Shown: positions 48,583 through 58,081 of the stretch, piece by piece
Numbering within the stretch: position 1 is the first letter of the stretch
How the letters are laid out: each line of letters begins with the position of its first letter
Assembly (NCBI GenBank): GCA_048881705.1
Contig: JBHLSH010000007.1
Span: forward strand, 13,198-77,197
DNA: 64,000 nucleotides
Reading direction: 5' to 3'
Origin: Candidatus Heimdallarchaeota archaeon
Lineage (GTDB): Archaea > Asgardarchaeota > Heimdallarchaeia > Hodarchaeales > Hodarchaeaceae
Program-made: the position numbers and the translations under genes
The notes under the pieces: model-generated
The model's database searches: none
Told to the model about the DNA's origin: nothing
Seen by the model: the letters and a program-made list of their open reading frames with translations, nothing else

Positions 48583-48900
48583 CTAGTCGAAATCCCAGAT
48601 ACTCCTACCCTTGTTAAAGAGTTCTACATGTCCACATCGCTTACAAGTCAGAATTGCAACCTTAAACGATGTAAATCCCCATTTACTATCCAATCGACCA
48701 CTGTCCTTGGCAAATTTTTGATGTCCACAAAGACTGCAATGTAAAACCAGGTCATCTCCAGTGGATCGGTGTCCAAACCCAATTGAGGATCGGTCAGGTT
48801 TCATGGGTTGGGAACTCGGATTATCTTGCAGGCTATTACCACAGCTTTTGCAAAATTTGGCAGTTGCTGTATTTTCTACTCCACATTTTTCGCAAAACAC
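48583..48900 (-). CDS. Double zinc-ribbon protein (N-terminal zinc ribbon + DUF2082-like ribbon)
   Basis: CEKCG...KFCKSCG and CSLCGH...CKRCGHVELF. Confidence 0.85.
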   Translation of the reverse strand: MFCEKCGVENTATAKFCKSCGNSLQDNPSSQPMKPDRSSIGFGHRSTGDDLVLHCSLCGHQKFAKDSGRLDSKWGFTSFKVAILTCKRCGHVELFNKGRSIWDFD

Positions 48901-49059
48901 TTTATTTCTCGCCTAACTATTGAGTCGTGTGAGGAACGGTTAGGGGGTTTAAAAATTGTATGAAATCGGAATTGAATATTCTTTTAATGCAAAAAACTTG
49001 GTGAATACAGTCGCCTAAAAAGAAAGAAGAAAGGGTTAGGAAGAGAGGAGAAGAGGATT

Positions 49060-50721
49060 CTACTTTCTTCTTTTTCTGGCGTATATGGTGATTATTATCG
49101 CAAGACTGAACGCTAAGGCGATTTCATATCCTGGAGTCGAGGCTACCGTCGTAGTGGTGGTTAAATCACTGTATGAATCTGCACCAAAAATCAGGTAGAT
49201 CTCACCTTTGGCTTCATTTACCCAGGAAGCACTTATCGTAAAATCGTCGAATCCGTCATTGTTGATATCGCCAACACTTGTGACGGTGGTAGCAAACCGT
49301 CCATTTGTCATTCCATAGTCCCAGCAGTTAGCATAATCTGGTGGGCAGGCATTCGAAATGAGCCCTCCTGCAATGGTGAGATCCGCTTCCGTTAACGATT
49401 GATCCTCAACCCACTGCGCTGTTGGACGGCCGAAAACAGCGTATGCTTTTCCAATCGAGTCGGGATCTTGCCCGAAATTTGCTCCAATAAGGAGGTCATC
49501 GTATCCATCGTTATTTATGTCCCCTGCTCCGCTTACAGAGTACCCGGCATACTCATTTCTTGAGGTGCCAATAAACGAAGCGCTAGCATAATCAGAAACA
49601 CTCACAACGGAGGAAGCGGCAGGCCATTGATCAGTGGAACGACCCAATAGTAGAAATGCCTGTCCAGTGTTAGTATTAGTGTGATCATCGTAGTAAGCGC
49701 CTATTATGAAATCATCGATGTTATCATTGTTAACATCACCTGCTCCTGCCATCCATCTACCCATGAAGAGATTCGGAAGCCAGTGTTCACTTGGGAAACG
49801 TAAGGTAAAGTTCGCTACAGTGCTTATGTTCGCGTTCATTTGCCAGTTTTGGGCAGGACGGCCAAAAATTACTATACTTTCCCTAATGCTCCCTTCTCTC
49901 GTACCTTCTCTAATAAATGGAAATCGGGCAATGATAAAATCGTTGTATCCATCATCATTAACATCCCCAATTCCGGCTGCGTTTGCGCCCAAAACCTCTC
50001 CTTCGTCCTCCACAGCCCCTATGAATGACGCATTTGCTACTTGATCTATGGGACTCGTTTTCTTCCATTGTCCAGTCGGACGTCCAAAAACAAGGTAGGC
50101 TTTATCTTGCCATTCACTAGTAATAACGAAATCATCATATCCGTCTTGATTTATATCCCCAACGCCATCCATACCATGTCCTAAAAATCCCCTACCAACG
50201 AACTCGGCATTAGCCTCAGTAATAGTTTGGGATATTCCCCAATTACTCGTACTTCTTCCCAAAATCAAATGGACAGTATCGTTAGGATCGTCTCCTCCCC
50301 AATAGGCGGCGGTCAGAAAATCAAGGAAACCATCATTGTTGACATCTCCAACTCCCACGGGATTACTCAGCTGGTTAGTGACAGCTAGATCGATTACAAC
50401 ATCCGCATCATAAACCGAATGATTCGTCCAAGCTCCCGAATGACCAAAAAAGATGCGAAGTTGATTACCACCAATGACCAAATCGTCTATTCCATCATTA
50501 TTGATGTCATTAACCCGAGTGTTCGCAGAATATGCCCCCAACCATTCGGAATTGTTGGTTGTGAAGGCGATACCTTGCCCGTGGGAGAAGAACGTAGAGA
50601 TGTGAAATCCCTGTTCAGGTTCTTGCCAAGGCAAGGCGCTCGTAGATAAAAGGAATAATCCTAAACTTACTGCTAGTAATAGGCTTAAAATTCGAAATTT
50701 CGATTGGAATCCATTAGACGT
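49060..50721 (-). CDS. FG-GAP (integrin-alpha-like beta-propeller) surface protein with PGF-CTERM-like anchor; 5' end anomalous
   Basis: About 6-7 repeats G.GD.N.DG.DD..I...YL.FG. C-terminus TPGY+TM+RKRRK. The signal peptide is encoded upstream of the ORF-track TTG (50634), in frame back to ACG 50721. Confidence 0.9.
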   Translation of the reverse strand, partial: TSNGFQSKFRILSLLLAVSLGLFLLSTSALPWQEPEQGFHISTFFSHGQGIAFTTNNSEWLGAYSANTRVNDINNDGIDDLVIGGNQLRIFFGHSGAWTNHSVYDADVVIDLAVTNQLSNPVGVGDVNNDGFLDFLTAAYWGGDDPNDTVHLILGRSTSNWGISQTITEANAEFVGRGFLGHGMDGVGDINQDGYDDFVITSEWQDKAYLVFGRPTGQWKKTSPIDQVANASFIGAVEDEGEVLGANAAGIGDVNDDGYNDFIIARFPFIREGTREGSIRESIVIFGRPAQNWQMNANISTVANFTLRFPSEHWLPNLFMGRWMAGAGDVNNDNIDDFIIGAYYDDHTNTNTGQAFLLLGRSTDQWPAASSVVSVSDYASASFIGTSRNEYAGYSVSGAGDINNDGYDDLLIGANFGQDPDSIGKAYAVFGRPTAQWVEDQSLTEADLTIAGGLISNACPPDYANCWDYGMTNGRFATTVTSVGDINNDGFDDFTISASWVNEAKGEIYLIFGADSYSDLTTTTTVASTPGYEIALAFSLAIIITIYARKRRK

Positions 50722-50888
50722 TTTTTTTCACCTTTTGATTTTCTCAAAGTAGAAGTTCGAGTCCTGAAGCGGTTCAATCCTTGAGATTGCTTTTCATGGT
50801 AATAAATATAAATTGACCATTAGGATAATGTGAAAGAGGTTTTCTCGCCCAAAAATAAACCAATTTTTAAATGTTTTTACCAAAAAAA

Positions 50889-50911
50889 GATGTACAAATA
50901 GTTTGTACATC
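50889..50911. promoter_or_regulatory. Perfect 10-bp inverted repeat GATGTACAAA-TAG-TTTGTACATC
   Basis: Intergenic, about 160 bp upstream of the FG-GAP gene and about 275 bp downstream of the acyl-CoA dehydrogenase stop. Confidence 0.4.
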
Positions 50912-51184
50912 AACATCGAAACGTAAAATCCCTGACCTAAAATTCCGTATATTCTAATTAGTTTTGGAACAAATTAGCAATTCTGATGAGGAAATGCTCA
51001 TTAGCTGGTTTCTCGGCGTATAAACCTTCCCAATATTTGCAGAAACTGAATATTTCTGGGATCTGAGGGAGGCCAAATTTCAAATAGAATCTTGGTTAAC
51101 AAATTCAGGGATATTGCGATCCGATACTGTTCCCTTCACAAGAATGGGTATTAGCTGTTTCCATTGTTGTAGAAAATTACTTTT

Positions 51185-52432
51185 TTATTCAAAAATCTTC
51201 TCCTCTACGTAATCAGCACCAATTGCGTCTTCTTCAACATCACGAGATGCCCCAGGTTTTGTCTTCTCTAGTTCCTTGTAATATTCATGCTGAATAAGAA
51301 GATTCATGATTTCATTGGTTCCAGTCCAGATCGACATCAACCGAATGTCTCGCAATAATCGCTCTACGGGGTACACATTTGTATATCCAATTCCACCCAT
51401 TATTTGCATAGCGTTGTTGATGACCTCCCAGGCGATATCTGTTGCAAATTTCTTGCTTTCAGAAACCATCCGACGGATTTTTCCGTTGGTTGTGCCATTG
51501 TTAATATCAATGTGACGACTAGTGGTATATAAGAGGCCTCGTGCAGCATCTAATAGTGTAATTGCATCAGCCACCTTGAAAGAAACCCCTTGAAAATGCT
51601 TTATCTTCTGTCCAAATGCCTTCCTGCGTGTGCTATACTTGGCGGCCACTTCAATCCCTGCACGAGCACTTCCAATCGCCCCAGCGGCTGAGGTCATACG
51701 CTCGGGAATCATCATCTGATTAAATATCGCTCCACCCGCATTGACCTCTCCAATTAGATTCTCTTCAGGAACTTCAGCATTGTCGAACATAATCCGGCCT
51801 GTTCCACCCCCACGTGATCCCATTAGTCCATATACGTGTTTAACGTGAATATCATCAGTTCTATCTACTATGAAACACCCCAGAGAATGTCGTGGATCTG
51901 GGGCGTCATGATTGGTTTTGGCATACACCAGAAAAACATCAGCACCTTCTGAACCCACCACAAAACGTTTTTGTCCTTTTAGAATGAAGATATTGTCCTT
52001 CTTTACCGCACTACATGTTGCCCCAAAAAAATCAGAACCCCCACGAGGTTCAGTCAGAGCTTCCGCGCAATATAGGCTTCCTCCTATTATTGGTGCCAGA
52101 TATTTCTCTTTTTGCTCTTCAGTCCCAAATCGTGCTAAAGCTTCCCCAACGATACTGGGCAATGAATAGAGGCATCCCAAGGCTGGGCCAAGAACCCCGA
52201 TTTCCTCAATAGCGGCAACTTCCGCGACCCATCCCAAGTTCTTTCCCCCGTACTCTGAAGGGAAACGTAATCCTAGTAAACCGTTCTGTCCGAGTTGTTC
52301 CACGTATTCCCGCGGATACTGGATCTCTTCTTTATCCATTTTCCGAAGCCAGCTAGGAGGAATGGTTTTAACAAATTCACGAATAGTATACTTGATTTTT
52401 TTTTCTTCTGGAGTTAATAGGACATCGAACAT
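51185..52432 (-). CDS. Acyl-CoA dehydrogenase
   Basis: [48 protein letters not shown]. The catalytic Glu is apparently at the helix-G position (PERM), as in IVD/LCAD-type enzymes. Confidence 0.96.
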   Translation of the reverse strand: MFDVLLTPEEKKIKYTIREFVKTIPPSWLRKMDKEEIQYPREYVEQLGQNGLLGLRFPSEYGGKNLGWVAEVAAIEEIGVLGPALGCLYSLPSIVGEALARFGTEEQKEKYLAPIIGGSLYCAEALTEPRGGSDFFGATCSAVKKDNIFILKGQKRFVVGSEGADVFLVYAKTNHDAPDPRHSLGCFIVDRTDDIHVKHVYGLMGSRGGGTGRIMFDNAEVPEENLIGEVNAGGAIFNQMMIPERMTSAAGAIGSARAGIEVAAKYSTRRKAFGQKIKHFQGVSFKVADAITLLDAARGLLYTTSRHIDINNGTTNGKIRRMVSESKKFATDIAWEVINNAMQIMGGIGYTNVYPVERLLRDIRLMSIWTGTNEIMNLLIQHEYYKELEKTKPGASRDVEEDAIGADYVEEKIFE

Positions 52433-52536
52433 GCATACCTACTCCCATAAAAAAGTAGTAAATGGAGTTTGAGCTTCGCCTGTTTAAGAAAATCCCTCTA
52501 TATAAGGGATTTCCACTCAAAAATAGCTATCCTATA

Positions 52537-54087
52537 TCACGTTGGATACTCTTTCAAGATTTTCGAAGCGCAACCATAACCTGACGTGATCGCACCTGAA
52601 AAACCTCCAGATCCGACCCAGGCTGATGCAAAAAAGAGATTTTTTAAGGGTGATTTACGAAGCGCCCATATATTTGGGCCTGATTGTGCGGGTGTTTGGG
52701 CAAACCCATAGACAGAACCCTGTGGGTTCATGGTATACCTGACTATAGTACGTGGTGTGGCAAACTCGCGTATGGTTACCAGATTTTTGATCCCTGGATA
52801 AATTTGGTTAATCCTGTCGAGGAGTATTTCTTCAATTTGATGTTTTTTCTCGTAATAGTATGTCTCTCCTTTCCTATACGCTTCTTGCCAGTGATCCAGA
52901 TAATCAATTCCGCAAATTACTCCCGAGTATTTTCCCTCTTGGTTCAATCCTGTATCAAATGACTGATAATCCACGAAGACAAACCCCTTCTTCTTATAGT
53001 TCCCTGATTTTTCAATTTCAATGAATTCCTTTATGGATTTCATTTCTGGGGAGTAAACAAAGGTCGAGTAATGTTGACAACCTACACTGGAAGGCGGTTT
53101 ACTGAATCCGAGATAGAACGAAAACAGTGAACACGGAAGCTCCATGGAATTCACTGCCTGTCCAAATTCTGTCTCCTTTAAATCAGGGATGAGCTTGTTC
53201 ACGAGTTGTGGGAGAGCCGCGTTTGAAATTACTACATCTGCCATAACGGTTTTTGGATGATATTCCACCTCATTTATGAGTTGAGGAGCACGACCATTTT
53301 TCTCCTCCTTCTTTGTAGGTCTCTTTTTTTGATATAAAACTCCCTTTGCATGATCTCCCTCAGTGATTATCTCATTTACTAAATGACGCCGGAGAATAGT
53401 TCCTCCATTCTTCTCAATTACTTCAGCTAAATAATTGGATAGAAGTTGAGAGCCCCCTCTGATAAAGTGGCCACCTCCTGTAAAGAATGATCGCTGGGCT
53501 GCGGTAAAGAAAATCAGACTCAAATTATAGGGATTGTCGCTATAGTAACCAAGATTACCTATTAACGCAAATTTGAGATCTTCATTGTCGGTCAGATTAT
53601 CCAAATACCCCCCAACGGACTGATTAGCTATTGGAGCTAATTCCAACAAATTTTGAGATCTTAGCAGCCTTGGTATTCGGTTTAGATCTTGAAAATAGGT
53701 TTCAATAGCATCTATGTCATTTGGAAACGCAATAGATAAGGCTGCTTTAGCTTCTTCCACTCCGTGAGGTATAACTACGTCAAAACGGCCGTTGGTGATA
53801 CGGTAGAACTCGGGAACACGTAAAAAGTCCACATTATCGAATACACCGAGATCGCTAAAGATCAATTGCTTTGGATTGTCAGGATTATCTAAACCATCCA
53901 TCTCGTGAAGGCCAATTTCAAACGTAATCCCTTCTCTCTTGAACCAAGTTGCACAGCCACCCATTTTCGAATGTTGTTCGATAACTAGAGTTTTTTTACC
54001 TTCCTTAGCTAGCTTTGCCCCAGCTATTAATCCCCCCAATCCTGCTCCAACAATTACAACATCGAAATGATCGTTAGGCATCGTCAT
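52537..54087 (-). CDS. FAD-dependent oxidoreductase, phytoene desaturase/CrtISO/RetSat-like (COG1233)
   Basis: DVVIVGAGLGGL..G..LAK.G...V.EQH...GG, ATPRT..RY..NP.G..YG, KNLFFASAW...GG..GA..SG. Confidence 0.92.
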   Translation of the reverse strand: MTMPNDHFDVVIVGAGLGGLIAGAKLAKEGKKTLVIEQHSKMGGCATWFKREGITFEIGLHEMDGLDNPDNPKQLIFSDLGVFDNVDFLRVPEFYRITNGRFDVVIPHGVEEAKAALSIAFPNDIDAIETYFQDLNRIPRLLRSQNLLELAPIANQSVGGYLDNLTDNEDLKFALIGNLGYYSDNPYNLSLIFFTAAQRSFFTGGGHFIRGGSQLLSNYLAEVIEKNGGTILRRHLVNEIITEGDHAKGVLYQKKRPTKKEEKNGRAPQLINEVEYHPKTVMADVVISNAALPQLVNKLIPDLKETEFGQAVNSMELPCSLFSFYLGFSKPPSSVGCQHYSTFVYSPEMKSIKEFIEIEKSGNYKKKGFVFVDYQSFDTGLNQEGKYSGVICGIDYLDHWQEAYRKGETYYYEKKHQIEEILLDRINQIYPGIKNLVTIREFATPRTIVRYTMNPQGSVYGFAQTPAQSGPNIWALRKSPLKNLFFASAWVGSGGFSGAITSGYGCASKILKEYPT

Positions 54088-54376
54088 ACTAATCCTTAGA
54101 ATCCCCCCATTGAAACTTAATAAGGCTAACGACAGTTAAAGATAGCTAAACAGCCATATTACCAGATGGCATAACTTTCTTTGCATTTGGATTTGAGGAA
54201 AAATTGAATTTCCATTCCTTTCACCACTCTTTGAAGGCACCCTTTCGAATGGACATTTACACCTGATTCCTATCAAATCCAAAAAGATACCATTCTTTAA
54301 CAACCTGAATAACGATTTAACCCCGTTTATTCCCCTCCTCAACGTACCTGTTTCCATCAGCGGTTTGTTCAAACGA

Positions 54377-54400
54377 AAAGCGATTATCGATAAACGCTTT
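54377..54400. repeat. 24-bp near-perfect palindrome AAAGCG-A-TTATCGATAA-A-CGCTTT
   Basis: Read directly, with one A/A mismatch pair; located in the intergenic region. Confidence 0.4.
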
Positions 54401-54446
54401 CATTTTTTCTTCTTTCTCTAGCTTGCCCTTGATAAATCACTCGCTT

Positions 54447-55073
54447 TCATGCATTCATATCACCCAAATTGGCTTCCTTTTTGAGTTTGGACATAGCTTT
54501 CCGAACATAAACGCGCTGAAACACGGCGAAAACCGCCAACACCAGATGTGCGATAAAGGCGAGCATCAGGATTACCAATGCAATTTCGTTGGAGATCCAC
54601 TGCACGAAAATTTTGAGGATATCTGGTGAGGCTTCTGTAAATCGGACAAAATCAAAGGGAAAGATAATTATCAGCCATAAAGAGCCTATAGTCGCAAATG
54701 CAAGTCCTCCAAAAGAATCCAAATCGCGCGAAGCATGTTTTTGACGAATCAGAATCAAAACAGATGTTATAATCCAGTAGAGAAATATTCCGTAAAGGAA
54801 CACAGCCTCCAAAAAATCGAATTTTTGGGTGAAAAAACCCGTTGACATTGTCTGATGTAGATAAAAATAGAGCATCAGTGGCAAGGAAATTGCAATTATA
54901 ACAACGGAAGCGGCAATGTCATCTTTTGGGATCTCATCTCCCACATCTTCCTCTACCATCTTGAAGAACCAGGATTTAAACCTTTTAACTTTCGTCATAT
55001 TAATTACATCCTTTTTATCAGTTTTTTTTACGTGTAGCCACGCCTCGTGTTTTTGTTGACAATTGGTAGTCAT
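54447..55073 (-). CDS. Hypothetical 4-TM membrane protein
   Basis: Four hydrophobic segments. Alternative start at ATG 54998. Confidence 0.75.
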   Translation of the reverse strand: MTTNCQQKHEAWLHVKKTDKKDVINMTKVKRFKSWFFKMVEEDVGDEIPKDDIAASVVIIAISLPLMLYFYLHQTMSTGFFTQKFDFLEAVFLYGIFLYWIITSVLILIRQKHASRDLDSFGGLAFATIGSLWLIIIFPFDFVRFTEASPDILKIFVQWISNEIALVILMLAFIAHLVLAVFAVFQRVYVRKAMSKLKKEANLGDMNA

Positions 55074-55330
55074 TTCCTACAATATTTGATGCTAAAATTA
55101 ATAAGAATCCAAATCAAAATGCGAAATTCGTAGAACACAAACCTCCAATAAAAATTGGTCAGTTAAATTGACAATGGCGATATTTTGACCAATTAATGAG
55201 GTAATAGAGCTGTGATTTGATTTTCAATAAACCTTGAATCACTTTTGAAAACAACATCTATCCTTTTTAAAGTATAAATCCAAACGTCAAAATTCAGATT
55301 ATAAATCCAAAATCGTCATGCCATCTTCGA

Positions 55331-56314
55331 CTAACCAATAGAAATGACCACGTTACCTACTTTATGTCCAGTTTCAACATACTTGTGCGCTTCAGTAGTT
55401 TGATCCAACGGATAAACGCGATCTATGACTGCTTTAATCGTTCCTGCTTCCATCAGCCGTGTTATTGTATTTAGAACCTCAGGAAATTCGTCTACTGTCC
55501 CACCCACCACTTTCTTGCTGCTCCTCATTGAAACCCATCGTCCTCTAATCGTTGTTGTCAATCGTGGGTTACTCATAAGATATACTCCGCCTGGTTTCAC
55601 AGATTTTATGGTAGCAGAAAATGAATCCTTCCCAATTACGTCAAATACAACATCAAAGGTCTCACCACGTTTTGTATAATCTTCCTGGGTGTAATCTATG
55701 ACATTGTCTGCACCAATAGAACATAGCATCTCCAATTTCTTCGTACTATCAATGACCGTCACTTCAGCGCCGTATGATTTAGCTAATTGGACTGCAACGG
55801 TACCTATGCTTCCACCCGCACCTATGATCAAAACTTTCTGTCCTGGTTGGATATTTGCTTTTCTCAAAAAATGTAATGCATTTAATCCCCCCGTAACAAC
55901 GGCAGCAGCTTCCTCATGGGTTATATTGGTTGGTTTTAACGCCAGTACCCCGTCACTGTTATCCGCAGGCAAAGCAATATATTCTGCATAAGCCCCAAAT
56001 TTGAAACCCGTTGTTCCAAAAACATAATCACCTTTTTTGAAACGGGTTACATCGTTCCCTACTGCCTCAATCTCTCCAGAAAGGTCCTGGCCTAGAATTG
56101 TTCTTCTTTTTGGCTTTCTAATTCCAACAAAGGCACGCATCAAGTACCGAATGGAAAACGGAAGTTTTAGATCTCGCATTTCACAGTCCCCCATAGTTAC
56201 AGCTGCCGCATGTACCTTTATCAGGATTTCATTATCCTTGGGAGTGGGTTTCTCTACCTCTCTTAATACCAGAACGTCAGGAGATCCGTATTTTGTCCAT
56301 ATAATTGCTTTCAC
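55331..56314 (-). CDS. Zn-independent MDR-family NAD(P)-dependent oxidoreductase (quinone reductase/RTN4IP1-like)
   Basis: MKAI.WT.YG.PDVL, G.D.SGE.EAVG, GAYAEY, VLIIGAGGSIG..AVQLAK..GA, GH..GNVV. Confidence 0.93.
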   Translation of the reverse strand: MKAIIWTKYGSPDVLVLREVEKPTPKDNEILIKVHAAAVTMGDCEMRDLKLPFSIRYLMRAFVGIRKPKRRTILGQDLSGEIEAVGNDVTRFKKGDYVFGTTGFKFGAYAEYIALPADNSDGVLALKPTNITHEEAAAVVTGGLNALHFLRKANIQPGQKVLIIGAGGSIGTVAVQLAKSYGAEVTVIDSTKKLEMLCSIGADNVIDYTQEDYTKRGETFDVVFDVIGKDSFSATIKSVKPGGVYLMSNPRLTTTIRGRWVSMRSSKKVVGGTVDEFPEVLNTITRLMEAGTIKAVIDRVYPLDQTTEAHKYVETGHKVGNVVISIG

Positions 56315-56402
56315 AGGGGTCCCTCGGGAGAACGGTTGAACCGCTGATTTTCCTCCTAACTAAAAAATTATTTGATCTCCCAACTGGTTTAGCTATTATC
56401 TT

Positions 56403-57851
56403 CTATCCAAAAACCAGGGATTTAATGACCACTGGGAAAACCTTATTTTCGACCACAGGTTGGCCAATGTCGATAAAGTCTCCTTCTTTTAATGAAATCT
56501 CGTCGATTGACAATATATCGGTCTGGATTTGCGTTTCTCGGGAGAGGACATTGCCAACTGAATTCCCCACATCGGTATCAAATATCAGGATCATGGGCAT
56601 CTTGTGTTTGATCGTGCGCGGTAATGCTTTAACGAGTCCAAACGAGAAAACCTTAAGTTTGTCATAAACTGTCCGGACGGGATCATGAAAAGCTAAAGCC
56701 AGTGGTTCCTCCCCTTCGGAAATATCCAATCGTGTTAAAGCCTTTTGAACCTGATCAGCAATGTATTCTTCCGAGAGTTGGGTTCGATCAATACGAGGAA
56801 TTACAATGGGAAGATTCCGAATCGGTAATCCGCTCGTTTTCTCAAAGTTTGGTGAAATGAATGTAGTAGAACCCGAAACCTGTAACGTATATTCGGAAGC
56901 ACCAATTACCGTTGCTCGAATTTTCTCAGGCATTTCTAGGATTTCTTGATGTTTTTTTGCAAGATTTCTTATGTGTCTGCCCAGAAATGGACCCAAATCA
57001 TTGTAAGAGGTGGTTGATTTTTGATAGATGTACTCCGCTACTCCCCCAGAAAAGCTCCATCTAATATCCTGGGTAAAACAACTTTCTGGGAGTAAGTGCG
57101 TCATCATGAGATCGTTGACTAGACCAGATGAAGAGATTTCATTAGTTAATACTTGAATTAGAGTCGTTGCAAGTATCTCGGCGGTCCTATCCTTTTCCTC
57201 ATCGGTGATGACATCTCCAAGACCTAGATTTAGCTCACGGTGCTTAAGGACTAAGGCACCCGCAGGTTCAAGCCGTACAATTTCATCATTCTCATTTACC
57301 GCGATTAGACGGCCACCAACATTAATGCATGCAGTGGCAAGGATCTCTCCCGCATCGATAACTGCTATATTACTCGTGCCTCCCCCGACATCGGTATGTA
57401 TCAGTCTTATCCCCGTAGATTTTGAATATTCTACGGCTCCTGAACCGTACGCAGAAATAATTGCTTCGAAGTTAGGACCTGCAGAAGCCGCGACAAATCG
57501 CCCTGTTTCCCTTGAGAGATTTTCAATTATTTTTTCGGCATTCTCCTTTTTTGCGGACTCCCCCGTAATGATTACAGCTCCCGTATCCACTTCTGAAACC
57601 TTGATTCCCGCCCGCTCGTACTCTTGGAGAAGAATACTTGTTAATTCGTCGAAATCAATCTCTGTAGGGCTTATGAGAGGTGTAAGGAAAATTTTACCCC
57701 TATACTTAATGTGGCGCTCCGCAACATGGAATTTTTCGGTTCTCGATGTAGGATCCTTACGTAATACCAATTCCGAGAAGATTAAATGTGAAGTACTTGT
57801 CCCCACGTCAATACCGACGGATTGGATACGTTTTTCTGTTGTTTTGATCAT
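56403..57851 (-). CDS. eutA: Ethanolamine ammonia-lyase reactivase EutA
   Basis: SVGIDVGTSTSHLIFS, TGAVIITGE.AKKENA, FVAASAGP.FEA, D.GGGTSN.A, C.N.GGRL, FSGGV, IRATVIGA, DEI....GD.IDIG.P, PVVIKSL.F. Confidence 0.92.
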   Translation of the reverse strand: MIKTTEKRIQSVGIDVGTSTSHLIFSELVLRKDPTSRTEKFHVAERHIKYRGKIFLTPLISPTEIDFDELTSILLQEYERAGIKVSEVDTGAVIITGESAKKENAEKIIENLSRETGRFVAASAGPNFEAIISAYGSGAVEYSKSTGIRLIHTDVGGGTSNIAVIDAGEILATACINVGGRLIAVNENDEIVRLEPAGALVLKHRELNLGLGDVITDEEKDRTAEILATTLIQVLTNEISSSGLVNDLMMTHLLPESCFTQDIRWSFSGGVAEYIYQKSTTSYNDLGPFLGRHIRNLAKKHQEILEMPEKIRATVIGASEYTLQVSGSTTFISPNFEKTSGLPIRNLPIVIPRIDRTQLSEEYIADQVQKALTRLDISEGEEPLALAFHDPVRTVYDKLKVFSFGLVKALPRTIKHKMPMILIFDTDVGNSVGNVLSRETQIQTDILSIDEISLKEGDFIDIGQPVVENKVFPVVIKSLVFG

Positions 57852-58081
57852 TGGTTTTCTCTCGGATTCCAGTAGTAGATTCTATGAGGCAGATTAAACC
57901 CGAAACTGGTTGCATTCGATGATTACTCTTGTTTTTTTTAGCGCTTCTTTGGGGGTAATCAAAGGATCCTTTCCCTGAGTTTATCGGAGAAAAACTAAAA
58001 ACGCTCCAGTCTCGAACCTAACAGAAAAAATGCCTTAATCATAAATTTAATTAAATTCCCCTATGGTAAACCTGACGCTAA

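Noticed and set aside
50750-50782. Two tRNA T-loop-like strings (GTTCGAGTCC, GGTTCAATCC)
   Set aside because: The flanking bases do not form T-stems, and no acceptor, D or anticodon arms can be built.
51185-52432. Acyl-CoA dehydrogenase lacks the usual C-terminal catalytic Glu (IWTGT instead of IYEGT)
   Set aside because: A Glu is present at the alternative helix-G position (PERM) used by IVD/LCAD-type enzymes, so this is a known variant and not inactivation.
54146-54403. Minus-strand frame of 86 codons with three internal stops (possible decayed gene or recoding)
   Set aside because: The stops are mixed (TAA, TAA, TGA) and all long genes use the standard code. No recognisable homology supports a pseudogene call.
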